DNA of 64,000 nucleotides, from positions 1,664,001-1,728,000 of the forward strand of contig CAWCYI010000004.1 in assembly GCA_963799845.1 (NCBI GenBank), read 5' to 3'. A model generated the notes under the pieces. The model worked only from the letters and a program-made list of their open reading frames with translations. It did not search any database and was not told the origin of the DNA. Position 1 is the first letter of the stretch. Each line of letters starts with the position of its first letter. The stretch comes from an uncultured Nitrososphaerota archaeon. GTDB lineage: Archaea; Thermoproteota; Nitrososphaeria; Nitrososphaerales; CADDZS01. Of the stretch, positions 9,722 through 19,964 are shown piece after piece. The position numbers and the translations under genes were made by a program.

Positions 9722-10161
9722 GGTCGATCTGTGTCAGACAATTGTGAATGAACCTCATCTAGATACCTAGACTTCGCTCTCGGTACATTCTTCGGCCAAA
9801 TTCTTGAGAAATCACATTCGTCGTTTCGATCATATCTTGGAATGACGTGCAAGTGAAAATGCCTAAACTTCGTTTTATCCTTGTGATCTTGCGAGTGCAA
9901 ACAAACACCTTTAGCATCCAAAGTTCTTTCATAGGATGCGGTCAGTTTTTTTGCTGTTGAAATCATGTGCCGTAGGGTCTGAACGGGCATCTCGCTTACA
10001 CTTTCATAATGTTTCTTCGGGACAATGAGAGTATGACCTCGCGATAACGGAAAAATGTTGAGAAATGCCTTTACCGAGTCGTCTTCGAATACCGACCAGG
10101 ATTTGGATTTCCCTGACGCGATCCGGCAAAATAGACAATTACTCAAAACGTGCGGATTCAT
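9718..10161 (-). CDS. HIT family nucleotide hydrolase
   Basis: CLFC, GHTLIVPKKH and HFHLHVIPR histidine triad; 4-nt overlap with the AlaRS start. Confidence 0.92.
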   Translation of the reverse strand: MNPHVLSNCLFCRIASGKSKSWSVFEDDSVKAFLNIFPLSRGHTLIVPKKHYESVSEMPVQTLRHMISTAKKLTASYERTLDAKGVCLHSQDHKDKTKFRHFHLHVIPRYDRNDECDFSRIWPKNVPRAKSRYLDEVHSQLSDTDRP

Positions 10162-10173
10162 GCGATCTCAACT

Positions 10174-10974
10174 TTAAGCTCGGGCCTTCACGTGTTGTAG
10201 ACTCTCTCTTTCCGCTCTGAATATTTCTTCTTGGGCATCTGAGAACGATAGCTTGCCGAGATTTGCGTTAATGATTTCTTCATAGTAGGGCGGTTTCGGC
10301 GGCCAGCCCTCTGTCATATATTTGAAAAATTCTTCTTTCGACTTTACCTGAAGTGCGGGATTTGTATCGCGCTCGATTCCTATCTGCGTTCTAACTTTTT
10401 CGGTTGCAAGAAAATGTTTTGCACCGATATGTGCCGGGTAAACTTCCGTGGAGGGATCGAGGGAAAGGAGTTTGTGAAATAGGCTGTCGTACATGAGGTC
10501 GTTATTGCCGCGTCCTAAATCAGTTCGACCGACGTCACCGATGAACAGGCAATCACCTGAAAGCAGTTTGCTTGATTCGGGAGATTCCAGAAGCAGGCAG
10601 ATGTGGTCGGTTGCATGCCCCGGCGTGTATATGACTTTGATTGAAGAAGACGAGCCGATCAAGTCATCTAGACGAGCACCGTCTTTGAGCTTCTCCAATG
10701 GGAAATTTGTCGGGGCGGTCTCATGCATAGCCAGAATAGCTCGGGGAAAAAGAGAGGAAAAATACCGAAGACCGGAGAGGTGGTCAGCGTGGATGTGAGT
10801 ATCGACAAGAGCCACGATCTCCAAATCACGTTCTTTGAGAAATGATTCGTAACGCTCCGTATCGATCAGGGGATCAACGAGGACGCACCTGCCAGTTTTT
10901 TCAGAACCTACCAGGTATGAAGCGCAGCCGGTGTACTCACGGATGAACTGGTGAAAGACAAGCTCTTCGTCCAA
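10174..10974 (-). CDS. MBL-fold hydrolase (persulfide dioxygenase / glyoxalase II-like)
   Basis: THIHADHLSG, TPGH, GDCLF...GRTDL, YPAH; start moved to TTG 10974 because the longer ORF overlaps RidA. Confidence 0.88.
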   Translation of the reverse strand: MDEELVFHQFIREYTGCASYLVGSEKTGRCVLVDPLIDTERYESFLKERDLEIVALVDTHIHADHLSGLRYFSSLFPRAILAMHETAPTNFPLEKLKDGARLDDLIGSSSSIKVIYTPGHATDHICLLLESPESSKLLSGDCLFIGDVGRTDLGRGNNDLMYDSLFHKLLSLDPSTEVYPAHIGAKHFLATEKVRTQIGIERDTNPALQVKSKEEFFKYMTEGWPPKPPYYEEIINANLGKLSFSDAQEEIFRAERESLQHVKARA

Positions 10975-11046
10975 ATAGCTGAGTACTTCCCTAATTTCAC
11001 AGGATGAGTTTGGAAAGGCACTAATAGGTTCTCTCATTGAGCCGAT

Positions 11047-11454
11047 TTGATTTCCATGGAAATTCATTTTATGAATCCGAAAAGCGTCCACGAGACCATA
11101 GGATACTCTCACGCAGGCTACTTTGATGGACCGGGGCGGGTTGTGTACATATCTGGTCAGGTGGCGCGCAACGAAAAGGGCGAGACTGTCGGAAAGGAGA
11201 ACGTTGAAGAACAGACCAGACAGGCGTACCAAAACCTCTCTAGTATTCTGAGCTCGATGGGAGGGAATTTGGGGAATGTGATAAAGCTGAACATCTACAC
11301 GACGCGGCTCGATCAAGTTTCCGCCATCCGAAAAGTACGTGGAGAGTTTTTTGCTGGAAAAGAGATGCCGTGCGCTACCTTTGTGGGAGTCACCGGTTTA
11401 GTCTCTCCAGATTTCTTGATAGAGATAGAAGCCGTCGCAGTGCTGAATCCGTAG
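11047..11454 (+). CDS. RidA/YjgF/UK114 family protein
   Basis: YSHA, VYISGQV, EQTRQAYQNL, LIEIEAVA. Confidence 0.9.
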   Translation: MISMEIHFMNPKSVHETIGYSHAGYFDGPGRVVYISGQVARNEKGETVGKENVEEQTRQAYQNLSSILSSMGGNLGNVIKLNIYTTRLDQVSAIRKVRGEFFAGKEMPCATFVGVTGLVSPDFLIEIEAVAVLNP

Positions 11455-11465
11455 TATTCGTGAGC

Positions 11466-11789
11466 CTATGATGGTTTGTGTGCCGGAGCGAAGAATACCA
11501 GAACCTCGAGGTCCTCTTTGATGTCGTTAAACCTGTGCTCAATCCCAGCTCTAACGTAAATGATCGAACCTGGCCTGACGTCCTGTTTTTCGGTTCCGAC
11601 GCGCATTGTTGCACGACCGCGAAGTACGTAATAGACCTCATCTTCACCATGCGGTGTCTGCGGATCTAACTCTCCAGCTTTGAGCTCGTACAACCCAACG
11701 CTCAGATTTTTCTCAGAGATGAACTGGAGGTATAATTCTCCCTTGACCTTGCGTTCAACTTCAATGGCTGATAATTCGAAATACTCCAA
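11466..11789 (-). CDS. cupin domain protein
   Basis: PHGEDEVYYVLRG and HRF metal motifs. Confidence 0.88.
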   Translation of the reverse strand: MEYFELSAIEVERKVKGELYLQFISEKNLSVGLYELKAGELDPQTPHGEDEVYYVLRGRATMRVGTEKQDVRPGSIIYVRAGIEHRFNDIKEDLEVLVFFAPAHKPS

Positions 11790-11801
11790 ACTCTTTCCTC
11801 C

Positions 11802-13370
11802 TCAAATTGCAAGATTGAGCAAATCTTGTTGCGACCCGACAGTCGGCTGGACAGAATCCGGTATTGAGCCGATGACAAACTTTCCGTTTTGAATATTACC
11901 AGAGACGTAGACGAGCTGAGAAACCGTCGGGATTCCCATGCGGAGCTTGTCCTGAAGCCGCTGCCTGACCCGCTCCAGATACATGTTCACCGCGCGCTCT
12001 GCCTCGAACTTTGTGCTGAGCGCTGGGACAACCGGTGCGCTGGGCGGTATACTCGAGTCCTTGATGTGCGAGTCCGATGCAAAGCCGATGTCCTGCGTAA
12101 GGGATTTTTCTTTTCCGCGGACTCTCTCCCAGTAAGAGGACGGAGCCTTGAGAGAAAAGACATCGGTCACCGTTTCCTCGGGCGACTGCATTAGTCGAGA
12201 AGGATTCAAAGAAAATAATGCGGGTAGGAGTACTCGGTCTTGCATCATCATCCCTTTCTTCATGAAAAGAGATCCTGTGGCAAAAGTATAGTTGAGATCT
12301 ACCACCCAGCAGGCAATCCAAATCGATCCGCCGGCGCTCAAAACTTTTGCCGGTTTTTGTCCCGACCTCGCCATATTGATTACAGCGAAATTGTTGCAGA
12401 GCTCGCGATAGGTTTCGGGCTCGATGTGATCGCCGCTGTGGAGGAGACCCCCAATTGATTTTCTTGAAGACTCGAAACTCTTGGAGTACCTCTCCAGCCG
12501 CTTCATTGCTTCCTGCGACGAAAGTCCGGCCGCGACCCCGGCCTGGGCTCCGTCAACCGAGGTCTTTAGAGACTCGACGATGCTAACCTCGGATTTTATC
12601 CCCGCAAACCACGAGATGATGGGAGTCTGAGTTATCACGCTCTTTTGGGCTTCCTGCAGTTGGGAACTCCCATCAATGAATTTTCTTTGTGCGTCAACGA
12701 GATTTCCCTGGATCAGTAAGGCGAGGCCCTCGTTTGCGGATGCAAGCCCGTCCATCCGCTTTGCCCCCGCGGATCTAGTCGGATCTTTTGCAAGACTTTC
12801 TGATGCGCCGTGAAAATTTCTCGCGACCGTGGCATAGCTGATCGGATCTGATCCGGAAAACATCTTCATGATGTTTGAAACGTAGCCGAGCGTCTCGGAA
12901 GAAATTATCGTGTTGTTGAGCAAGGCAGACTGGTCGTCTGACTGCGCGAACGGGACGAGACCCTGCAGTCGGGCCGACTCATTTAGCATGGACTTTGGAT
13001 CGATAGATGCAGCAAAATACGCAGGAGCAGAGAGAAACGGTGGGACTAGCAGGTAGTTAGAGCACGCGGTCAGGAGCAGCATGTTCATCGTATTTTGCTT
13101 CACCTCGACCCCCTGCCGGATCGAGTTCTCAAAAATCTGGGCTCTTGCCATAGAGTCGATCTGGCTTACGGTCTGCGCACCGGTCGGGACCATCGACTGG
13201 ACCCAGCGATACACGTCGGTTCTCACCTGCTCATAGTACTTTTCGGCATCAACCCTCTGCTGGGAGACACCGCAGTACTGGCAGGTAATTATCTGGGATG
13301 TGGAATCGGCGGGGAGGGGAGCGCCGCAGCCGGAACAGCGGAGCGTGTCCATCTTCTGCAAACGGATCAC
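11802..13370 (-). CDS. hypothetical protein with N-terminal zinc ribbon and helical core
   Basis: CSGCGAPL...CQYCG at the N-terminus; 522 aa. Confidence 0.75.
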   Translation of the reverse strand: MIRLQKMDTLRCSGCGAPLPADSTSQIITCQYCGVSQQRVDAEKYYEQVRTDVYRWVQSMVPTGAQTVSQIDSMARAQIFENSIRQGVEVKQNTMNMLLLTACSNYLLVPPFLSAPAYFAASIDPKSMLNESARLQGLVPFAQSDDQSALLNNTIISSETLGYVSNIMKMFSGSDPISYATVARNFHGASESLAKDPTRSAGAKRMDGLASANEGLALLIQGNLVDAQRKFIDGSSQLQEAQKSVITQTPIISWFAGIKSEVSIVESLKTSVDGAQAGVAAGLSSQEAMKRLERYSKSFESSRKSIGGLLHSGDHIEPETYRELCNNFAVINMARSGQKPAKVLSAGGSIWIACWVVDLNYTFATGSLFMKKGMMMQDRVLLPALFSLNPSRLMQSPEETVTDVFSLKAPSSYWERVRGKEKSLTQDIGFASDSHIKDSSIPPSAPVVPALSTKFEAERAVNMYLERVRQRLQDKLRMGIPTVSQLVYVSGNIQNGKFVIGSIPDSVQPTVGSQQDLLNLAI

Positions 13371-14318
13371 CTGACGTGAGATTCTAGACGCGAAAGTCGC
13401 TTCTCGATATCGCTCACGCGCTGGGATAATGCTCTAACTTCCTGCATCGCCTTCTGGTAGTACATGGACGCGATCTGGTCGGAGACGTTTTTGACGGAGG
13501 AGTAGCATGCCATGCACGCGAGTACGCTATCACCCTGCATGCTCGCCGGAACCTCGGAGCCGTAGCGCGATCTTGTGTAGCCTGTAATATCGGCTCTCAG
13601 GGCCACGTAGTGGAAGGTTAGACCCTGAACCTCTCTGCCGCAAAACCAGCACTTGCCGATCTTTGTCGCGTTTTCCCTTTCCTGGAGGGCTCCGGGCCGG
13701 ACGTTGCGGTAGTCATCACCTGCGAGATCTCAGCTGGGCTACTGCGTCTGAGAGTAGCGACGCGCTCTTTTTTGGGTCGGCGTCGATGAACGAGTTTGCC
13801 TCCACAAGGCTCGCAAGCCCCAGGAGGTAGTAGGCCCGTCGTTGCGGGTCGATTGACTGGTTCATGAGCTTCCAGAGTACGAGGTCGCTGCCGACAAGCT
13901 CCAGGTATTTTTGTGCAAGGTCTCTAAGGTCTGTGACTTGGTTTTGACCCGCAGATTCGGGAGTAAACTGTGCCATGATCGCATAGTCCTTTGAGAGGAC
14001 CAGCGCCTCTTTTTCGAGGTCAGAGGAATTCGCGGGAAAGCCCACATTGAGCTGTACGTTTCCGCAGTCGGCCATCGCCTTGCTTACCTGCGCCCACAGA
14101 TCGGAGCTCTTGAAATTTAGAGCAGAGAACAAAAGCCCGAGAGCTTTTGCCTCGTTTGCCTTTTGCGCATTTCCGGCTTCTGTGTAGTGATTTGAAGCTT
14201 CCTGGAAATGCGTTACGGCGGTGGGCCAATACGCTTGCCCGAGGCTCACGCCTTTTTCATAAGCCTTCTGAAATTCGTCATCGGCTTTTTCCGCCGGCGA
14301 CTTGAAGAGCTGAACCAT
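13367..14318 (-). CDS. helical-repeat protein with C-terminal Zn finger and coiled coil; frameshifted
   Basis: ORFs 13716-14318 and 13367-13606 are bridged by ...KIGKCWFCGREVQG... once about three single-base insertions near 13610-13735 are removed; second pair CMAC. Confidence 0.65.
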
Positions 14319-14360
14319 GAATCAAACGCGGTTGCGGCGATGTAAATAAGCGTTGGATAA

Positions 14361-14450
14361 ATAGAAGAAGCGACTTTCGAGAACCTGTTAGAGGATTATC
14401 CAGGTATTAGAAGAAAAGATATCAAAGCTGCTTTACAATATGCTGAGCTG
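14361..14450 (+). pseudogene. DUF433 antitoxin C-terminal remnant
   Basis: Translates as TFENLLEDYPGIRRKDIKAALQYA; no start codon or N-terminus. Confidence 0.6.
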
Positions 14451-14686
14451 GCCAAACATCGATACTCAGAGCCAATACGTCAAGAACGTTCCGTCAACAC
14501 GACGTGTCGTATCCACAATAAGCGAGGGCGTTCGGGGGCGTCACGAGACTATGGGGTATAGCGAGATCTGATATATACAATTTAGAAAATAGATCGAATT
14601 TTTCGGGAATTTTTTACATTCCGTCGATCAAATTCGCCCCAAAACTTAACACCCAGCCTAAAGTCTCGGAGCGACGCGATTTCTAA

Positions 14687-15226
14687 ATGAGATCTCAAAC
14701 AGCACTTCTAACTACGGCGCTTGCACTTTGTATTCTATCATCTGCATCATTCCTTCCAGCGGTCTTTGGATCTTCCAGCAACATGGGATTCAACATAAGG
14801 GCGTACCCAAATGCTCCAAATGTTCCCGTGGTCAAATACCCGACCTATGACGCAACACTTTCTTTCAAACCAAAGTCACTCACAATTACGCAGACCGCCG
14901 GTAGCGGTTGCGGCAGTTATCCTATTTGCGGCATGGGGACAACTAAGCTTACGATAGATAACAAGGGAACATCCATCTTCGCAACCACTGGGGCGTGTAG
15001 TATAACTGTCAAACCGGGTTTCAATGGCAAGAAATCGGAGTCATTACCCTGCTCCTTCCCGACCGGCACGCTTGGGCCTGGAATGAAGGCTACGTTCACA
15101 GACACTGTCACACTGGACAACGTGCCATACGGCAAATACACATTCACAACCATAATAGACATAGTAGTTGGGACCGCCTCTGAACAAACAAAAGCTGGAA
15201 CTTTTACCGTAACAGCAACAGGCTAA
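14687..15226 (+). CDS. secreted Ig-like beta-sandwich protein
   Basis: Signal peptide, Thr/Gly-rich strands, Cys pairs. Confidence 0.7.
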   Translation: MRSQTALLTTALALCILSSASFLPAVFGSSSNMGFNIRAYPNAPNVPVVKYPTYDATLSFKPKSLTITQTAGSGCGSYPICGMGTTKLTIDNKGTSIFATTGACSITVKPGFNGKKSESLPCSFPTGTLGPGMKATFTDTVTLDNVPYGKYTFTTIIDIVVGTASEQTKAGTFTVTATG

Positions 15227-15318
15227 TTGAAACAAACTCGAGTACGTGAGTTCTCAAGAATTCACGTGCTCTCTGATTTTTTTCCTTCGAGTTTTTCCGC
15301 TACTGATAATTGGGAGAA

Positions 15319-15537
15319 TTATCTGCGATGCTCTTTCATTCGAAGATTCATTTCTCTCAGCAGTCTTCTCTTTTGGTCTTTGCGCAGCTCAATTTTTCCC
15401 CTTAGGCTTTTCAGTATCTCTGACGGAGTATATCGATCCAGCAATCTTTCCAAAAGCCCGCTAAAGCTCTCGTCTTTTCCCTTGACAGAGACCAGCTTCT
15501 CGTAGACCTCATCTCTTATCGTCAATGTCTTGGTCAT
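15319..15537 (-). CDS. vapB: archaeal VapB-type antitoxin (DUF217), orphan
   Basis: MTKTLTIRDEVYEKL...KDESFS.LLERLL signature. Confidence 0.85.
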   Translation of the reverse strand: MTKTLTIRDEVYEKLVSVKGKDESFSGLLERLLDRYTPSEILKSLRGKIELRKDQKRRLLREMNLRMKEHRR

Positions 15538-15655
15538 ATGATCTCATTGGTGTACCTAATGCTATCTTTAAACATAAAGAGGATATTTTGTGTGCAAAGA
15601 AAATGAACGTTACCCGTTGTCCCGATGCAATGTAGTTTTGGCCGGGAAAACGAGT

Positions 15656-16999
15656 TCAGCCCGATCGCTGAAATAACGAAAATGATTCGTCTAATATTTC
15701 AACTGCGAGTTTTGCTTCATCCTGGCTGATTGCCAGCGATGGCATTACCCGGAATACGTTTCCCCTCAGGCCGTCGTAGGCGGTAAGCAAACCGTTCTCG
15801 TATGCGATGTGATTTACTTTAACAATTTCCTCGTTAGCAGGTTCCTTTCCAGACCGACTTTTAACCAGCTCAACCCCAATCAACAGACCCACGCCCCGTA
15901 CATCTCCTATGATGTCATACTTGTCCATCAAACGTTTCAAGCCTTCCAGAAAGGATTTGCCAACAGTTTCGGCATTCTTGCAAAGGTTGTTCTTTTCTAT
16001 GTAATCAATTGCTGATAACGCCGAAGCACATCCCAGAAGGTGACCTGCTCCCGTAATTGCAAGAGATCCTCTCGGTAGTTTCATGAGGTCTTCACGTCCC
16101 ACGACCGCGCTCATTGGAAGACCATTTCCTAGCGGCTTTCCGATCAGTACCAAGTCCCCCTCAATTCCATGGTGCTCCATCGCGAACATTTTTCCAGTCC
16201 TCCCAAGTCCGGTTTGGACCTCGTCTACCACCAAGACTATTGAATATCTGTCGCTAATTTCTCGCAATCTCTTGAAGAACTTCGTACTCGGTGTAACGAC
16301 TCCCCCATCGCCCTGAATCGGCTCGACGAACACTGCCGCGACATCTTCCGGCGGGACAGTCGTCTTGAAGACGTACTCTTCAAGATAGTCTAGCGCTTTC
16401 ATCTCGCAGTCTTCGCATTTTGGACCGAAGGCGCACCTGTACGAATACGGATATGGAACATGGGTGATTCCCGGAATCATAGGGCCGAAGCCCTTTACCA
16501 TCAAACTGCTCAGACCCTGAAGACCAGTTGCACCCATCGTCCCCAGCCCATGGTTTGAACCTATGAAGCTGATGAACCTGTGACGACCGGTTGCGAGTCG
16601 AGCCACTTTTATTGCAATGTCGGTTGCGTCTGCTCCCGACAGACCGAAGAAGCACTTCTTTTGGAATGAACCAGGCGTCAGACGAACCAGTTTTTCGGCC
16701 AAATTACTTACAAGTTCGTGATAGTAATATCCCGGTATTGCGGAGTAAACAAATTTGCTAGCCTGCTGGACTATTTCGTTGATAACTTCCTGATTTCCAA
16801 GACCGACATTCATCACAGCCGCGCCGGAAACGAGATCAAGGAACACGTTTCCATCGATATCCTCGATGTAACTTCCAATCCCTGATTTCGGAACAAACGG
16901 TAGGTACCGCCAGTTGGATTGCATCAGGTATTTTTCGTCTTTTTCAATCACTGCCCTAACTCTTGGCCCGGGTAGTTCGGTGATTATCTTTGGAACCAA
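15656..16999 (-). CDS. class III PLP aminotransferase (GabT/ArgD-like)
   Basis: SGADA, EPIQGDGG, DEVQTGLGRTG, GKPLGNG, DVRGVGL. Confidence 0.92.
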   Translation of the reverse strand: MVPKIITELPGPRVRAVIEKDEKYLMQSNWRYLPFVPKSGIGSYIEDIDGNVFLDLVSGAAVMNVGLGNQEVINEIVQQASKFVYSAIPGYYYHELVSNLAEKLVRLTPGSFQKKCFFGLSGADATDIAIKVARLATGRHRFISFIGSNHGLGTMGATGLQGLSSLMVKGFGPMIPGITHVPYPYSYRCAFGPKCEDCEMKALDYLEEYVFKTTVPPEDVAAVFVEPIQGDGGVVTPSTKFFKRLREISDRYSIVLVVDEVQTGLGRTGKMFAMEHHGIEGDLVLIGKPLGNGLPMSAVVGREDLMKLPRGSLAITGAGHLLGCASALSAIDYIEKNNLCKNAETVGKSFLEGLKRLMDKYDIIGDVRGVGLLIGVELVKSRSGKEPANEEIVKVNHIAYENGLLTAYDGLRGNVFRVMPSLAISQDEAKLAVEILDESFSLFQRSG

Positions 17000-17143
17000 A
17001 TTGTCAGACGTTCGCTCACTCTGAAGAATCCTATTAAGATTTTTTAAAGAATATTTCCCGGACTAACAGTTTTCGTTCAGAATCAGACAAATTTACATTA
17101 ATTTCGTAAACCACCTTCCTCGAACGACCCTTTGTTGTGATAA

Positions 17144-18242
17144 TTGGATACGATTAAAAGTATAACAGAAAAGGCAGCTCCCAACAAAATGTCTACCGAA
17201 CAAAATCAGAAATCTTCGGTAATTCGAGTTGGGAATGTGAGCTCCCGTCCAGGCACCAAGCAGTCCGGCCACCTAAAGGTCGGTGAGAAAGCCGCGTCCT
17301 CAATCGAACTCCCAGTTACAATAATTCAGGGAGAGTCTCCCGGGCCGACACTTGTGGTGCTGGCGGGTGAACACGGTTGCGAGTACTGCGGGATTTTTGC
17401 AGCGGTGCGCTTGATAAGGGACATCCAGCCCGGAAGTATCAAGGGGACGCTGATTGTTTTCCCTCTGGCGAATCCCCCGGCCTTCGAAGAGCGATCCCTT
17501 TTCGTGAACCCTATCGATGTCGTGAACTTGTATGCTTCCTATCCCGGATCTGCTGAAGGAACGATTTCGTACATAATGGCGTACAAGATATTTTCAGAGA
17601 TCACTTCGATCGCTGATTATTTGATCCACCTTCACGGCGCCGACTATAACGAATCTCTCGTTCCGTTCAACTATTACGCGCACACCGGAAACTCTGGCGT
17701 GGATTCAATGTCGCGGAAGATGGCGAGTCTGTTTTCCGGTGGACTATGTCCTCGAAGCTGAAAAGGCGACCGATGTCTCGACGGGATCACCAAAGGGTAC
17801 CTCGTACGCGGCGACCGCGGCCGGAACTCTCTACGGCGAGGCTTCCGCAAGGGGGATCCCATCTACGATGTGCGAAGCTGGGCGGGAAGGAAAAATTGAG
17901 GAGATCTTTGTGCAGATTCACTATTCTGGAATCATAAATACAATGAAACTATTGGGCATCTTGCCGGGCACACCAAGTCTGAGAGGAAAACAGACCAAAC
18001 TCACCTCGCCAGTTCTCGTGTCCAATCGAAGGGCTGGAATATTCAACGCCCTTGTGAACATCGGCGACAAAGTAACAAAGGGACAACCCATCGGCGAGAT
18101 TCTGAATTTCACGGGCGATATAGTTGAAACAATAACTACTCCGATCGACGGAATGATTGTTGATAGAATAAATTTCGCAGCCGCCGACGCATTCCCAACT
18201 CAAAAGCAGCCCTACCTATTTTACATAGCAAAGACGGACTAG
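17144..18242 (+). CDS. succinylglutamate desuccinylase / aspartoacylase family deacylase; frameshift at about 17735
   Basis: GEHGCE Zn motif, LANPPAF, HLHG, catalytic EAG, C-terminal biotinyl-like hairpin; one extra T in a run. Confidence 0.85.
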
Positions 18243-18250
18243 TGGATTAG

Positions 18251-18727
18251 ATGTCCAACAATTCGGACAAAATCGACGGGATCGATCAAAAGATACTGTC
18301 CCTGATTCAAGATAACAGTAGAATGACAATGGTTCAGATTGCAAGAGCAGTTGGAAAAATTTCCAAAGTCGCAGTCTCCTACAGGTTAAAGAAATTGGAG
18401 GATCGGGGAATCATAGAGAAATATTATGCAAAGCTAAATCCAGAAAAACTGAACAGAGGATACCTCGTTATTTCAAGAGCCGTTTGCAGTGTAAAGGGCA
18501 AGAGAGAGATCGCGGTGTCGAAACGGATATCCAGCCTTCCTGGGGTTCAATCTGTATACGGAATTTTTGGCGACTATGATCTGCTCTTCATCGCAAGAAC
18601 GGTAAACAAAGAAGAAGCCAAGAAGCTTCTCGACAAAGTAAATAAGATTCCCGGAGTAACTTCATCGAATACGATAGTTGCACACACGGTTGTCAAGGAA
18701 AGTCTTTCAGTGGATCTTCTGGAATAA
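18251..18727 (+). CDS. Lrp/AsnC transcriptional regulator
   Basis: DGIDQKIL..IQDNSR, HTH, GDYDL RAM domain. Confidence 0.93.
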   Translation: MSNNSDKIDGIDQKILSLIQDNSRMTMVQIARAVGKISKVAVSYRLKKLEDRGIIEKYYAKLNPEKLNRGYLVISRAVCSVKGKREIAVSKRISSLPGVQSVYGIFGDYDLLFIARTVNKEEAKKLLDKVNKIPGVTSSNTIVAHTVVKESLSVDLLE

Positions 18728-18782
18728 TCAGACGACAATTTCTTGTTTCGGTAAAGTTTTGGGCCGAGCGAAAATTAACGAC

Positions 18783-19964
18783 TCAGACGATTATTTCTTT
18801 CTTAGCTTTTACTAGTTCCAAGCTCTTCTCCAAAGCAGTTGCTGTCCTTTCGATGCACGCATCAGTTGCTGTCAGACCCATGTGTCCCACTCGGATGATT
18901 TTCCCCTTCAACAACGACAAACCTCCAGAAATCATAATCCCAAAATCCTTCTCCATGATCGACCTCACAACGTCTTGTGCTGGATCTGAAAGTGAGATTG
19001 CAGTTACGGTGCTTGAAGCAAAGGCTTCATCCGGAAGTATTTCGAGTCCAATTGTTCTCACTAACTTTCGGAATTTGGCGCTGATCCGCCTGTGGCGTTC
19101 GGTTCGATTATCGAGCCCTTCTTCCAGAGCTATCTGCGCCGCCGCTGAAAGTGCCATAATAACGGAGGTCGGCATTGTCGCGGGGAAAGGATGCCCCCAA
19201 GAACCCCACTCCCGGATGTATCGATCCCAGACTCCAAAACTCAAAAACCTGCCCGCGGTCTCCGAATTGTTTCGAACTGCGTTATTCCATATCTCTCGGT
19301 TGACGGCGAGAGGTACGGCTCCTGCGATTCCAGACAACCCCTTGCTCGCATAGCCGACGCAAATGGCGCAGTTCCAATCCTGCATCGGAATGCGAACCGC
19401 ACCGAACGAAGATATCGTATCTACTATCAGAGGTACACCGAAATGTTTCGACAGATCTCCTATCCCTTGCACCGGATTCAGAACGCCACCAGAAGTCTCG
19501 TTGTGAACGACAACGATTGCTGACAAGTTTTTGCTTTCTTCCAAGAGCCGCCTAACTTCTGACGATGAGATCGGCTTCCCGTATGGAGTATTGGGCTCGA
19601 CAACTTTGATGCCGTGCCGCTCAGCGCACTCTTTCGTTATCTCACCAAAATATCCGTTTCTCAGATTCAGAATTCTGTCGCCCGGCTTTGCGAGATTCGC
19701 GATCGCCATCTCTAAACATGCAGAGCCTGGGGCAGGAACGAGGATTATCTGGTCGTCTGCACCAGCTCCAAATAATTCCCTCATGAGTTCGAGCGTTGAG
19801 GCGTAGAACGTCTTCCATTTCTCGCCGTAATGCAGCATTGGTCGTTTTGACAGGGCATCGAGTACTCGCTGTTCAACCTCCGTTGGCCCTGGAGTCATTA
19901 GAAGCGGAGTCCGTCCTGAGACATCCTCGATGCCAGATTGCAAAATTACTCTCTCCTTAGTCAC
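18783..19964 (-). CDS. class V aminotransferase (alanine-glyoxylate / serine-pyruvate type)
   Basis: LMTPGPT, VHNETSGG, DTISS, ASKGL, IRVGHMG; GTG 19964 overlaps the upstream stop. Confidence 0.9.
   Translation of the reverse strand: MTKERVILQSGIEDVSGRTPLLMTPGPTEVEQRVLDALSKRPMLHYGEKWKTFYASTLELMRELFGAGADDQIILVPAPGSACLEMAIANLAKPGDRILNLRNGYFGEITKECAERHGIKVVEPNTPYGKPISSSEVRRLLEESKNLSAIVVVHNETSGGVLNPVQGIGDLSKHFGVPLIVDTISSFGAVRIPMQDWNCAICVGYASKGLSGIAGAVPLAVNREIWNNAVRNNSETAGRFLSFGVWDRYIREWGSWGHPFPATMPTSVIMALSAAAQIALEEGLDNRTERHRRISAKFRKLVRTIGLEILPDEAFASSTVTAISLSDPAQDVVRSIMEKDFGIMISGGLSLLKGKIIRVGHMGLTATDACIERTATALEKSLELVKAKKEIIV

Noticed and set aside
10975-11316. N-terminal extension of the MBL ORF
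   Set aside because: It is the antisense shadow of the RidA gene.
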